A DNA stretch of 64,000 nucleotides, taken from Pyxidicoccus caerfyrddinensis. Its GTDB lineage: Bacteria > Myxococcota > Myxococcia > Myxococcales > Myxococcaceae. Where the stretch lies: assembly GCF_010894405.1 (NCBI RefSeq), contig NZ_JAAIYA010000026.1, positions 111,494-175,493 on the forward strand, written 5' to 3'. The position numbers and the translations under genes were made by a program. The notes beneath the pieces are model-generated. The model was not told the DNA's origin. It was given only the letters and a program-made list of their open reading frames with translations, and searched no databases. Below are positions 26,792 to 38,513 of the stretch, in pieces (position 1 is the first letter of the stretch; every line of letters starts with the position of its first letter).

Positions 26792-28141
26792 TCATCCGCA
26801 GTTGTAGAGGGGCACCAGCTCGGTGACGCAGGTGTCCGGGTAGCGGGTGCCGGGGGCCACCTCGACGAATGTCAGCCGCAGGCAGAGGTCTCCAGAGGGC
26901 TGGGGCAGCGTGTCCCGTCTGGAGCCTGGTGTCCGGGTGGCCGCGACATCCTCCTTGCCGGACTCGGAGATGACATGTGCCTCGGCGTCGGGGCGGTCCG
27001 CGAGCGCCAGGTCGACCTCCACGAAGTCCTCCGGGGCCGCGCAGGTGGCCACCCGTACGCGGCGGGGCCGCCCGTTCTCCCCGTAGGTCTTCGCGCTTCG
27101 CGTGTACCCCGCGACGAGCCCCACGCCCTCGAAGTGACAGGGGAACATGGGTGGCGTCGCGGGAGGGCCCGCACGGACCTCCAGCCACTCACCCGCGCCG
27201 TCACCCTTGCTCCCCTCGCACCACGCGGTGTCCGCCCTGCCATCCAGGACATGGGCCGGGGCATAGCGGCCGCCGGCCAGCGTGCTCGACGCGGTGACGG
27301 AGAGCGGCAGCTTCAGCGGATTGAAGCGCGCGCGCTCCACGGTGAGCTGCCTGTGCCGCGCGAAGGCCTCCTTGTTGAACCGGACCGAGAGGAACGGAAG
27401 CTGGTCCAGGTCCACCTTCTCGAAGTGCCAGCGTGCTCGCGCCGCTTCCGGTTTCGCACCCGCCGGGCCGAATATTTCGGCACGTCCCGCGTACGGACCG
27501 AAGTCCACGGTGACGTCCACGCGCTCGGCCTGGCCCTTCCACCAGCCGGCGGGGAACAGGGGGTAGCGCAGCCACCGCCCGTCCACATGCGGCAGCGCCG
27601 CCTTCGACGTCTCCACATCCTGGAACAGCAGCTCGCCGCTGTACTCGAGCCGCAGGGGAACCGCCTTGCCGCTCGGAATGGTCAGCTCCGCGACGCACCA
27701 GCCATCCACGTCGAGCGGCTGGAGGAGGACCTGCGCGAAGGGAAGCGGCTGCACGTTGTCGCGAGGGTCCTCGATGCGCGCCTGGGTGCGCACCACCTTG
27801 CACGGCACCCTCCGTCCCGCGAGGGAGATGCGGATGCTGCCGGCCGTGACGTCGAGCTTCTGGCCCTCGTCGTCGACAGCGAACAGCGGCACGCCGTAGG
27901 AGGCCTTCACCTTCGCACCCTCGTTCGCGAGCACGTAGTCCGCGCGGACGCGGTAGCGCTCCAGGCCCGTCACGGTGATGGAGAGGTCCTCGGAGACGAG
28001 CCGGACCGGGAGGTCCGTGCGGGGCTGCAGGTTGCCGGTGGCGGTGGGCCCCGACCACGCCACGGGGCCGCCGTTGGGCCATGCACGGCCCGCCCCGAGC
28101 AGTGCGAACACGAAGACTGGAAGCAGGAGGGCGCGGAGCAT
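26792..28141 (-). CDS. Secreted protein with C-terminal F5/8 type C (discoidin)-like region
   Basis: Signal peptide MLRALLLPVFVFALLGAGRAWP. C-terminal LDGRADTAWCEGSKGDGAGEWLEV resembles the discoidin TAW...EWL core. Confidence 0.55.
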   Translation of the reverse strand: MLRALLLPVFVFALLGAGRAWPNGGPVAWSGPTATGNLQPRTDLPVRLVSEDLSITVTGLERYRVRADYVLANEGAKVKASYGVPLFAVDDEGQKLDVTAGSIRISLAGRRVPCKVVRTQARIEDPRDNVQPLPFAQVLLQPLDVDGWCVAELTIPSGKAVPLRLEYSGELLFQDVETSKAALPHVDGRWLRYPLFPAGWWKGQAERVDVTVDFGPYAGRAEIFGPAGAKPEAARARWHFEKVDLDQLPFLSVRFNKEAFARHRQLTVERARFNPLKLPLSVTASSTLAGGRYAPAHVLDGRADTAWCEGSKGDGAGEWLEVRAGPPATPPMFPCHFEGVGLVAGYTRSAKTYGENGRPRRVRVATCAAPEDFVEVDLALADRPDAEAHVISESGKEDVAATRTPGSRRDTLPQPSGDLCLRLTFVEVAPGTRYPDTCVTELVPLYNCG

Positions 28142-28207
28142 GTCACCTCCGGTTCTAGGCGGGCACTCGGGCCCGTGTCGATTGCCCGCCCATGCGATGT
28201 CCGGTGT

Positions 28208-28729
28208 TCAGCGCGTGGCGGGGCGGGCCTCGGTGATGCCCTCGGCCATCAGGTCCTCACGCAGCTTCGTGAGAACCTTGCCGAGCAGATTCAGTCCGCG
28301 CCACTTCGACGGGTCCTGGATGCGCGGGTCCTCCGCGCCCAGGCCCACGCCCCAGATGCGGTCCAGGGGACTGGCCTCCACCAGCTCCGTGCCCTTCGTG
28401 GCCAGCAGCGCCTTCAGCAGCTCCGCGCTCTGGGTGAACTTCGCGCGATTGCCCTCGTAGACGATGCGCTCCCGCTCGCGCTCCCACACGGCGGCGTCGA
28501 AGTCGCGCACCTTGCGGCCCAGCGCCTTGTGCGTCTTCGGAGAGGCGGACTTCAGGATGCTCGCCAGCACCTCCGCGTCCCCGAAGAGGCGTGCCTTGCC
28601 CGCCATCATGTACTGCTCCGCGCACATGTAGCGCACGCCCTCCACCACGAAGTCGGACCGGTGCCACTGGGAGAAGGGGGACTCCTCGCGCCAGAAGAAG
28701 GTGAACCTGCGCTGCTCGGCTCCGTCCAT
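28208..28729 (-). CDS. NADAR-family protein (YbiA/DUF1768-like N-glycosidase)
   Basis: RFTFFWREESPFSQWHRSDFVVEGVRYMCAEQYMMAGKARLFGD...IVYEGNRAKFTQ...DRIWGVGLGAEDPR matches the conserved NADAR blocks. Start placed at the internal ATG (MDGAEQRRFTFFW). Confidence 0.8.
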   Translation of the reverse strand: MDGAEQRRFTFFWREESPFSQWHRSDFVVEGVRYMCAEQYMMAGKARLFGDAEVLASILKSASPKTHKALGRKVRDFDAAVWERERERIVYEGNRAKFTQSAELLKALLATKGTELVEASPLDRIWGVGLGAEDPRIQDPSKWRGLNLLGKVLTKLREDLMAEGITEARPATR

Positions 28730-28812
28730 GTCTCGTGCCTCCTGCTTGGTGTGGAGAATACACCAACGTTCCACGCGCGCGAGCCTGACACGGGCACTAC
28801 ACTGCCGGCACG

Positions 28813-29538
28813 ATGAAGCTCTCCGACGCCCAGGCCCTGCTGGAACGCTGCTTCGGCGGCGTGAGGGAGGGCGCGCCCCGCCTCCGCGAGCCCGACGACG
28901 CGCGCTTCGCGCTCCGCCCGAGCGCCGTCTGGCTGGAGTACCGCTGGTACGCGCAAGAGCGCGGCCTTGCCGAGGTGTTCCTCAAGTGGGGCCGCGTCCC
29001 GGCCGAGCAGTCCGCCGGGGCGGAGGCGACGGTGCTGCGCATCCACCTGCTCGGCGCGTCGCCGGAGTTGTCCGTGAGGGCGCATCGGATACTTGAAGGG
29101 GGGACGCCCTCGCGCGAGCGCATCCTCGACCTCTTTGGCGACGACGGCGTGCGCCGCGAGTGTGTCGCCTTCGGCCGGACGAGCGCCACCGTGGAGCAGT
29201 GGGAGTTGCCCGGCCCGAGCCCGCTGCTGGAGGACGCGCGCTTCGAGGCGCTCACCTCGACGCTGGAGGACGCGGACTCCACGAACGAGGAGCGCCACGA
29301 GGCCGTGCAGCGACTCGCCGCCGAGCGCAGCCCGCGCGTGGCGGAGGCGCTCGTCGCGCTGGTGACGCGCCGGCCCTCGCTGATGGCGCTGCGCATCCTG
29401 TCGGAGTGGGGCGAGGTCCGTGCCCGCCCCGCGCTCCAGCGTGACCTGGCCGCGGTGCGCCCGGACAATCCCGCAGACCTGTGGGCCCTCACCGCACTGG
29501 ACCGCCGGCTGGAGGCCTGGCAGTCGCTGGTGACGTGA
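28813..29538 (+). CDS. Hypothetical protein
   Basis: ORF track; globular-looking composition, no recognisable motif. Confidence 0.45.
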   Translation: MKLSDAQALLERCFGGVREGAPRLREPDDARFALRPSAVWLEYRWYAQERGLAEVFLKWGRVPAEQSAGAEATVLRIHLLGASPELSVRAHRILEGGTPSRERILDLFGDDGVRRECVAFGRTSATVEQWELPGPSPLLEDARFEALTSTLEDADSTNEERHEAVQRLAAERSPRVAEALVALVTRRPSLMALRILSEWGEVRARPALQRDLAAVRPDNPADLWALTALDRRLEAWQSLVT

Positions 29539-29548
29539 GTCCACGGCT

Positions 29549-30892
<1,344 letters not shown>

Positions 30893-30972
30893 CCCACGAA
30901 TCAAACACGGAAACCGCATGATTTGAATCGTGGCCGGGAAACACCGCTCCAGCAGTTCCGGACACTTGGCCC

Positions 30973-30988
30973 TGGCAGGGGGCGTGCA
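30973..30988 (+). promoter_or_regulatory. Candidate sigma-54 (-24/-12) promoter for the flotillin-like gene
   Basis: TGGCAGGgggcGTGCA versus consensus TGGCACG-N4-TTGCA: GG and GC elements with the correct 12-nt register, about 50 nt upstream of the ATG at 31038, and adjacent to the divergent sigma-54 activator gene. Confidence 0.4.
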
Positions 30989-31037
30989 GTGGAGGGGGGC
31001 ACTCCCGCACTCCCGCGGGCGGCAGGAGAAGGGCCTC

Positions 31038-32963
31038 ATGGAATACATCGTGGTTCTGGCCGTGGTCGGGTTGCTGCTGGGCGTTGGCGCGGTCTACGTG
31101 TTCAGCGGCCTGCAGGTCATCGGCGAGGACGAGTCGGGGCTGGTCATCAAGAAGTACGGCGCGCCGCTGCCGCCCGGACGGCTGGTCGCGCTGGAGGGCG
31201 AAGCCGGCTACCAGGCGGAGATGCTCCCGCCGGGTTGGCACTTCGGCTACCCGTTCTGGCGCTTCAAGGTGACGCGCGTCCCGGTGGTGGTGGTGCGCCA
31301 GGGGCACATCGCGCTCGTCGTCGCCAACGGCGGCGCGCCCATCCCGCCCGGGAACATCCTCGGCTGCGAGGTGGCCTGCGACAACTACCAGGATGCGCGC
31401 GCGTTCCTCGACGGCGGTGGGCAGAAGGGCCGTCAGCTCGCCTTCCTCACCGCGGGCACGTACCGCATCAACCCCTCGCTGTTCAACGTCATCACGCCGG
31501 AGAACGCCGAGGCCTTCGACATGTCCGAGGAGGACCTCGAAATCTTCAGCGTAGGCCCCGACAAGGTGGGCATCGTGACGACGCTGGATGGCCGCCCCAT
31601 TCCCGCCGGGGACCTCGCCGGCTCGCCGGTGGAAGGGCATGACTCGTTCCAGAGCGCCCAGCGCTTCCTCGACGCGGGCGGCTGCCGCGGCCTCCAGGAG
31701 CAGGTGTTGCTGTCGGGCTCGTGGAACCTCAACCCGTGGTTCGTGAAGGTGGAGCAGATTCCCATGACGGAGGTGCCCATCGGCTACGTGGGCGTCGTCG
31801 TCAGCTACGTGGGCCGCGAGCACCTGGACGTGTCCGGGGACGAGTTCACCCATGGCGACCTCGTGGAGCGCGGGCGCAAGGGCGTGTGGATCGAGCCGCT
31901 GCTGCCCGGCAAGCACCCGCTCAACACGCGGGTGATGAAGGTGGAGCTGGTGCCCACGACGAACATCGTCCTCAACTGGGCGCAGCGCACGGAGCAGCAC
32001 AAGTACGACGAGAAGCTCAGCCCCATCACGGTGCGCTCGCGCGACGGCTTCAGCTTCACGCTCGACGTGTCGCAGATCATCCACATCAGCATGAAGCAGG
32101 CGCCGCGCGTGATTTCGCGCGTGGGCTCCATGCAGAACCTGGTCGACCACGTCCTGCAGCCCACGGTGGCCAACTACTTCCGGAACTCCGCGCAGCAGGT
32201 GTCGGTCCTCGAGTTCCTCTCCGCGCGCACCGAGCGCCAGCGCGAGGCGTACGAGGCCATCCACGGCGCGCTGGGGGCATACGACGTGGAGTGCATCGAC
32301 ACGCTCATCGGTGACATCCAGCCGCCCGGCGAGCTGATGAAGACGCAGACGGACCGGAAGATTGCCGAGGAGCTCCAGGTGACGTTCGAGGTGCAGCGCG
32401 AGGCCCAGGTCCGACGCCGTGAGCTGGAGCGCGCGACGGCGGTGGCGAACATGCAGGGCGAGGTGGTGCGCAGCGAGCAGATGGTCGCCATCAGCGAGAA
32501 GGGTGCCCTCGCGGCGGCGGAGACGGCCAAGGGCGAGGCCGCCCGTACGCGGCTGCACGCGGACGCGGAGGCGCACGGCTTGAGGCAGCGCGCGGATGCG
32601 GAGGCGCATGGCATGCGGCAGCGCGCGGAGGCCGAGGCCGAGTCGAAGCGGCTGCACGGCAGCGCGGAGGCGGACGCGACGCGGCTCGTCGGTGATGCGA
32701 AGGCGGAGGCGTATCGCACCGGTGTGGCGGCGCTCGGCGCCCAGGCGTTCACCGCGGTGCAGCTGGCCACGGTGCTGGCGCAGCATGGGGTGAAGCTGGT
32801 GCCGGAAATCGCGCTCGGTCAGGACGGCGGCGGGGGAGGGCAGGGACTGCTCGGCGCGCTGATGGCGCGGGTGCTCCAGAACGGGGCGGCGCCCCAGGTG
32901 CTGCAGCGCCCCACGAAGCCGCAGGGTGGCAACGGCGTGGAGAACGGCCGCAAGGAGGCCTGA
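31038..32963 (+). CDS. SPFH/band-7 (flotillin-like, YqiK-type) membrane protein
   Basis: N-terminal TM segment (MEYIVVLAVVGLLLGVGAVYVF), SPFH core, then a long coiled-coil region rich in EA/AEA repeats (RADAEAHGLRQRADAEAHGMRQRAEAEAESKRL) and a Gly-rich tail, as in bacterial flotillins. Confidence 0.8.
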   Translation: MEYIVVLAVVGLLLGVGAVYVFSGLQVIGEDESGLVIKKYGAPLPPGRLVALEGEAGYQAEMLPPGWHFGYPFWRFKVTRVPVVVVRQGHIALVVANGGAPIPPGNILGCEVACDNYQDARAFLDGGGQKGRQLAFLTAGTYRINPSLFNVITPENAEAFDMSEEDLEIFSVGPDKVGIVTTLDGRPIPAGDLAGSPVEGHDSFQSAQRFLDAGGCRGLQEQVLLSGSWNLNPWFVKVEQIPMTEVPIGYVGVVVSYVGREHLDVSGDEFTHGDLVERGRKGVWIEPLLPGKHPLNTRVMKVELVPTTNIVLNWAQRTEQHKYDEKLSPITVRSRDGFSFTLDVSQIIHISMKQAPRVISRVGSMQNLVDHVLQPTVANYFRNSAQQVSVLEFLSARTERQREAYEAIHGALGAYDVECIDTLIGDIQPPGELMKTQTDRKIAEELQVTFEVQREAQVRRRELERATAVANMQGEVVRSEQMVAISEKGALAAAETAKGEAARTRLHADAEAHGLRQRADAEAHGMRQRAEAEAESKRLHGSAEADATRLVGDAKAEAYRTGVAALGAQAFTAVQLATVLAQHGVKLVPEIALGQDGGGGGQGLLGALMARVLQNGAAPQVLQRPTKPQGGNGVENGRKEA

Positions 32964-32983
32964 TTCAGGTCGCGGGAGCTCGC

Positions 32984-33973
32984 ATGGAATCAGCGGGACG
33001 CGCCTCGTCCGGCCGCGGGCAGGCGCGGAAGGAACGTTCATTCCGCGAGTCCTCCTTCCGAAGGGGAGGCGGTTCCCGCGAATCGCATGACGTCGCGGAT
33101 GTGAAAGCCCTGCACCTCCGTGCTTCTCGCGGAGGTGCGCGGCCATTCGTTAGGCCCGGTTTGATTTCTGGAGGTCGGGTGGTCGAGGCGGCAAGGTTGG
33201 AACTCCTGCAAGCGCTCCGGGCGCTCCCTCGTGGCGCGGGGCCCGAGGCGCTGCGCCTCACTGCCGCGCTGTTCGAAGCCGCGGTCGACGCGGACGATGA
33301 CGTCGACCCACGCTTCCGGGATGAGCTCATTCGCGTCCTCGGCCCGGTGATGGCCGAGGACACTCCCGTGACAGTCGAGGACGCGGCGGCGTACGTGACG
33401 GGAGTGGACGCGGAGGTCCTCGTCGCCATGTTGCCCCGGTTGCGCGCTGCGCTCGCGGAGGTGCGCGGGCTGAAGGCGTGCCTTGCGCGCGAGGCGGTCG
33501 AGCTGCTGTCGCGTGTGGAGACGCTGCTCCATGACGCTCCGGCCACGCATACCCGACGTGCGCTGGAGGTCGCGGTGAACGCCCTGCGCGCACGTCTCGC
33601 GGCCGAGTTGTCGCGGCTCCACGCCCCGGTCACCGTCCTGCCCGAGGATGCGCTCCCCGTCGCGCGCTGGATGCTCGGAGACGGGCCTCCGCCCAGGGGC
33701 GCAGCCGTGCTGGAGTTCGCTCGTGGCCTGGACGACTTCTGCCGGCGTGCACCGCTGTCTCCAGCAACTCTGGATGCGCTCCGGGCACTCGCACGCAGAG
33801 CGGACGCGGAGCGTGACACGCCGGGCTGGCCGCTGCTGGTGGAGCGGCTGCGCACGGTCCGCCCCCGGCTGCTGCCCCGCAGGCCGCTGTCGCCGTTCTA
33901 CCGGTCCCTGGCCGGAATCCAGGCACGCACACCGGATGCACCCGCCTCCCTCGAAGCGCTCCTGCGCGAGTAG
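32984..33973 (+). CDS. Hypothetical protein probably co-transcribed with the flotillin gene (true start likely further downstream)
   Basis: ORF track; 21-nt gap after the flotillin stop. Arg-rich N-terminus suggests the real start is internal. Confidence 0.4.
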   Translation: MESAGRASSGRGQARKERSFRESSFRRGGGSRESHDVADVKALHLRASRGGARPFVRPGLISGGRVVEAARLELLQALRALPRGAGPEALRLTAALFEAAVDADDDVDPRFRDELIRVLGPVMAEDTPVTVEDAAAYVTGVDAEVLVAMLPRLRAALAEVRGLKACLAREAVELLSRVETLLHDAPATHTRRALEVAVNALRARLAAELSRLHAPVTVLPEDALPVARWMLGDGPPPRGAAVLEFARGLDDFCRRAPLSPATLDALRALARRADAERDTPGWPLLVERLRTVRPRLLPRRPLSPFYRSLAGIQARTPDAPASLEALLRE

Positions 33974-34064
33974 GCGACAGGACAGCGCACCCCTTCTGGC
34001 TTGGCATTCCAGCTCCGCGCGGCACACTTGCGGCACATCCAGGCCGAGACCCGAGGAGCCCCAC

Positions 34065-35249
34065 ATGAGCATCGACGTCACCCGCGCCCGCGCCGAGACA
34101 CCGGGGACCGCCCACGTCGCACACTTCAACAACGCCGGTGCGAGCCTGCCGCCCCAGCCGGTGCTCGACACGGTGATGGCGCACCTCCAACTGGAAGCCC
34201 GCATCGGCGGCTACGAGGCCGAGGACGCGGCCCGCGACAGGCTGGAGCGCGTCTATGACTCCATCGCCGCGCTGCTGCACGCGTCGCGCGAGGAGGTCGC
34301 CGTCGTCGAGAACGCCACCGTCGCCTGGGACATGGCCTTCTATGGCCTCGCCCAGGACTTCCGCCCCGGGGACCGCATCCTCACCGGCGTCGCCGAGTAC
34401 GCCGCGAACTACGTCGCCTACCTCCAGGTCGCCCGCCGCACGGGAGCCGTCGTGGAGGTCGTCCCGAACGACGCGCATGGCCAGCTGTCCATCTCCGCGC
34501 TGGAGTCGATGATGGACGCCCGCGTCCGGCTCATCTCCGTCACCCACATCCCGACCAACGGGGGCCTGGTGAATCCGGCGGCCGCCATCGGCCGCATCGC
34601 CAGGTTGGCCGGCGTGCCCTTCCTGCTCGATGCCTGCCAGACGGCCGGGCAGTTGCCCATCGACGTCGAGGCGCTCGGCTGCGACCTCCTGTCCGCGACG
34701 GGCCGCAAGTTCCTCCGCGCCCCGCGCGGCACGGGCTTCCTCTACGTCCGCAAGGCGCTGCTCGAGCGGCTCGAACCTCCCATGCTCGACCACCACGCGG
34801 CGCCCTGGACATCCGCGGACGGCTACACGCTGCGCCCGGACGCGCGGCGCTTCGAGAGCTGGGAGAGCAACATCGCCGGGAAGCTCGGCCTCGGCGTCGC
34901 CGTCGACTACGCGCTCGGCTGGGGTGTGGAGGCCATCTGGGAGCGCATCCGCCACCTCGCGGAGCGTCTGCGCGTCCGGCTCGCCGACGTCCCCGGCGTC
35001 ATCGTGCGCGACGTGGGCCAGGTGAAGTGCGGCATCGTCACCTTCACCGTCGAAGGCCAGGCGCCCGATGTCGTCCGGCAGCGGCTGCTCGCCCAGGGCA
35101 TCAACGTGTCGGTGACGCGGCGCCCGTCCACGCGGCTCGACATGGAGGCGCGCGGGCTGGGCGAGATGCTCCGCGCCTCGGTGCACTACTACAACACGGA
35201 GGAGGAGCTGGAGCGGCTCGTCGGCGCGGTGGCTCAGCCCTCGTCGTGA
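34065..35249 (+). CDS. Class V aminotransferase / cysteine-desulfurase-like PLP enzyme
   Basis: Internal ATG of track ORF 33648..35249 (MSIDVTRARAETPGTAHVAHFNNAGASLPP...). Class-V hallmarks FNNAGAS, ISVTHIPTNGGLVNP, LLDACQTAGQLPIDV, and the PLP-lysine context SATGRKFLRAPRGTGFLYV. Confidence 0.8.
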   Translation: MSIDVTRARAETPGTAHVAHFNNAGASLPPQPVLDTVMAHLQLEARIGGYEAEDAARDRLERVYDSIAALLHASREEVAVVENATVAWDMAFYGLAQDFRPGDRILTGVAEYAANYVAYLQVARRTGAVVEVVPNDAHGQLSISALESMMDARVRLISVTHIPTNGGLVNPAAAIGRIARLAGVPFLLDACQTAGQLPIDVEALGCDLLSATGRKFLRAPRGTGFLYVRKALLERLEPPMLDHHAAPWTSADGYTLRPDARRFESWESNIAGKLGLGVAVDYALGWGVEAIWERIRHLAERLRVRLADVPGVIVRDVGQVKCGIVTFTVEGQAPDVVRQRLLAQGINVSVTRRPSTRLDMEARGLGEMLRASVHYYNTEEELERLVGAVAQPSS

Positions 35250-35893
35250 ATGAACTTGTACTGACCGCCCTTCACCCGCTCACGCCACACCGACTTGACG
35301 GTGGGCACGTCCACCAGCCGGTAGCCCTGCTGGAGGAGCTGGAAGGACTGGTAGATGTCGGAACTCCAGTGCGCGAACTCGCCGTCGGGGTACGGGTACT
35401 TCGCCAGCACCTCGGTCCTCCCGGCGAAGAGGCCCCCCTGGATGTGGAGGCGCGGCAGTGACTCCGGGAAGCCGAGCTTGGACGGAGGCCCGCTCGCGTA
35501 GTGGGAGCCGGTGAGGGCCACCTTGCCGCTCGCGTCGTTCACCATCGGCTCGAGCATGTCCCACAGCCACGTCGGGTCCAGCATGCGGCCGTGGTTGGCG
35601 CAGACGTAGACCAGGAACGGGTGTGCCGCGGCCTTCACGGCCAGGTTGATCGCCGGGCCGTAGTAGAGATTGCGTCCCTCGCTCCAGATGTACTTCGCGG
35701 GGAAGGTGCCGTTGTCGCGCACCGCCTCGGCCAGCCGGGGCTGTGGCTTCTCGCTGTTGTCGACGACGATGAGCTCCGCATCGAGGACGCCGCGGTACAG
35801 GAGGAGCGACGGCATGAGGTCGCGCAGCAGGCGCGTCAGGGCCAACTCCTCGTTGTGGTACGCGACCATCACCGCCGTGACGCCGACCTTCAC
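35234..35893 (-). CDS. Glycosyltransferase family 2-like protein
   Basis: VTAVMVAYHNEELALTRLL...IVVDNSE resembles a GT2 N-terminal fold with a DxD-type acidic motif. Assignment tentative. Confidence 0.5.
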   Translation of the reverse strand: MKVGVTAVMVAYHNEELALTRLLRDLMPSLLLYRGVLDAELIVVDNSEKPQPRLAEAVRDNGTFPAKYIWSEGRNLYYGPAINLAVKAAAHPFLVYVCANHGRMLDPTWLWDMLEPMVNDASGKVALTGSHYASGPPSKLGFPESLPRLHIQGGLFAGRTEVLAKYPYPDGEFAHWSSDIYQSFQLLQQGYRLVDVPTVKSVWRERVKGGQYKFIHDEG

Positions 35894-36417
35894 GTCCCGG
35901 GTCCCAGCTTCACGGCGAGGGCGTAGATGTCCCCCGGCGTGGTGGCCGTATCAATCATCGCGAAGCCGAAGGGCTTCAGCCACTGCTGGAGCTGCTCGCG
36001 GTTGACGTTGCGGTAGTACTCGCCGGGCCGCAGCCCCTGCCCATCCACCGCCGAGTGCGGCGCGCGCCCGACTCCCGCGGCGGTGAGGATGAGCACCCCG
36101 CCGACTTCGAGCATGGCCAGCGCGTTGTGGCAGATGCGCTCGGCTTCCGGCGTGTGCTCCAGCGTCTCGGTGCACACGACGGTGTCGAACTGGCGGAAGG
36201 GCTCCGGGCGCCAGGTGGCGGCGTCCCCGATGAAGTCCACGTTCTCACCGGGGGCGATGTCCACGCCGACGTACTCGGAGCCGGGGAACAGTGGCCGGAT
36301 GGAGCCGGAGTAGGGCCAGTTGCCCGCCACCGTCCGGCTGCCAAGCTCCAGGACCTGCTTGCGTGGCTCGAGCTGCATGACAGCGCGAGCCACGAACTTG
36401 TAGGCGCCTTCGTGCAT
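35890..36417 (-). CDS. Class I SAM-dependent methyltransferase
   Basis: Motif I-like VLELGSRTVAG and post-I acidic VGVDIAPGE. Overlaps the neighbouring genes by 4 nt at each end, as in an operon. Confidence 0.65.
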   Translation of the reverse strand: MHEGAYKFVARAVMQLEPRKQVLELGSRTVAGNWPYSGSIRPLFPGSEYVGVDIAPGENVDFIGDAATWRPEPFRQFDTVVCTETLEHTPEAERICHNALAMLEVGGVLILTAAGVGRAPHSAVDGQGLRPGEYYRNVNREQLQQWLKPFGFAMIDTATTPGDIYALAVKLGPGT

Positions 36418-36466
36418 CCCCCAGGAATATCAGAAGGGGCTGCGCGCTGACGACCCGGCCCCCGTT

Positions 36467-37396
36467 CTACGAGGCCCGCGCCGGCACCTTGGGACCCAGC
36501 ACGTCACGCAGCGCGTCCGTCACCGTCAGCTTCGGCGCCCAGCCCAGCGCCCGCAGCTTGTCCGGTGCGCCGACGAGGCTCGGGATGTCCGAGGGCCTCA
36601 AGCGCGCGGGGTCCAATTCAATCCGCGCATTCACGCCGGCCAGCGTCAGCATCTCCTCCAGCAGGCTGCGGATGGTGCGTCCCTCGCCGCTGCAGATGTT
36701 GTACGCCTGCCCGGGCTCGCCCTTCACGAGCAGCAGCCGGTACGCCTCCACCACGTCGCGCACGTGGGAGAAGTCACGCACCGCCTCCAGGTTGCCCGTG
36801 CGGAGCACCGGGTCCACCGTGCCCAGGCCAATCGCGCGAATCTGCGAGGCGAAGGAGGGAACCACGAAGGTAGGGTCCTGCCCCGCGCCCAGGTGGTTGA
36901 AGGGCCGGGCCATGACGACTTCCAGCCCGTAGCTGCGGTGGAACTGCACGCCGGCCAGCTCCGCCGCGGACTTGGAGGCCGCGTAGGGGCTCAGGGGGAC
37001 GGCGGGCGTGGACTCGGTGGCGCGCGTGCCCTCGGGCACCGGGCCGTACACCTCGCCCGAGCCCACCAGCACCACCCGCGTCTTCGGCGCGGTGTCGCGC
37101 AGCGCCGTGAGCAGGTGCACCACCCCCATCGTGTTCACCGCGAACACGCGCGAGGGGTTGTTGTGGCTCTTGGCCACCGAGCTGAAGCCCGCCAGGTGGA
37201 TGACACCCTCGGGCTTCGCCTCGGCGATGGCGGTCTTCATCGCGGCCTCGTTGGCCACGTCGAAGTGGAGGGCGCTGCTGCTGATGCCCTCCCCGCGCGG
37301 CCCGTGGGCCTCGACGACGTCGTCACCGGCGGCGCGCAACAGGGCGCACAGGTGCCGGCCGACGAAGCCGTCCGCTCCAGTGACGAGGATGCGCAT
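36467..37396 (-). CDS. rmd: GDP-4-keto-6-deoxy-D-mannose reductase (GDP-D-rhamnose synthase, Rmd-like) of the SDR/NAD-epimerase family
   Basis: MRILVTGADGFVGRHL carries the Rossmann GxxGxxG. YAASK catalytic pair. RPFNHLGAGQ and GNLEAVRDFSHVRDV closely resemble Pseudomonas Rmd (RPFNHIGPGQ, GDIDVSRDFLDVQDV). Start overlaps the gmd stop (ATGA). Confidence 0.75.
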   Translation of the reverse strand: MRILVTGADGFVGRHLCALLRAAGDDVVEAHGPRGEGISSSALHFDVANEAAMKTAIAEAKPEGVIHLAGFSSVAKSHNNPSRVFAVNTMGVVHLLTALRDTAPKTRVVLVGSGEVYGPVPEGTRATESTPAVPLSPYAASKSAAELAGVQFHRSYGLEVVMARPFNHLGAGQDPTFVVPSFASQIRAIGLGTVDPVLRTGNLEAVRDFSHVRDVVEAYRLLLVKGEPGQAYNICSGEGRTIRSLLEEMLTLAGVNARIELDPARLRPSDIPSLVGAPDKLRALGWAPKLTVTDALRDVLGPKVPARAS

Positions 37397-38380
<984 letters not shown>

Positions 38381-38513
38381 CTATGTTTGCTGGAGGACGG
38401 CGCGTTGTACCCGAGGCGGTCACCAGTAGCCAACCGTTGCCTGTGCCTTCGTACTTGAAAGGCACACCCCCCGTGACAAGGTAGGCGTTTCCCAGATGAG
38501 CGAGGAGCCGGTC

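Noticed and set aside
26333-28816. 827-aa plus-strand ORF and the 564-aa ORF at 36764..38458
   Set aside because: Antisense to well-supported genes (secreted protein/NADAR, and gmd/rmd), with Arg-rich composition.
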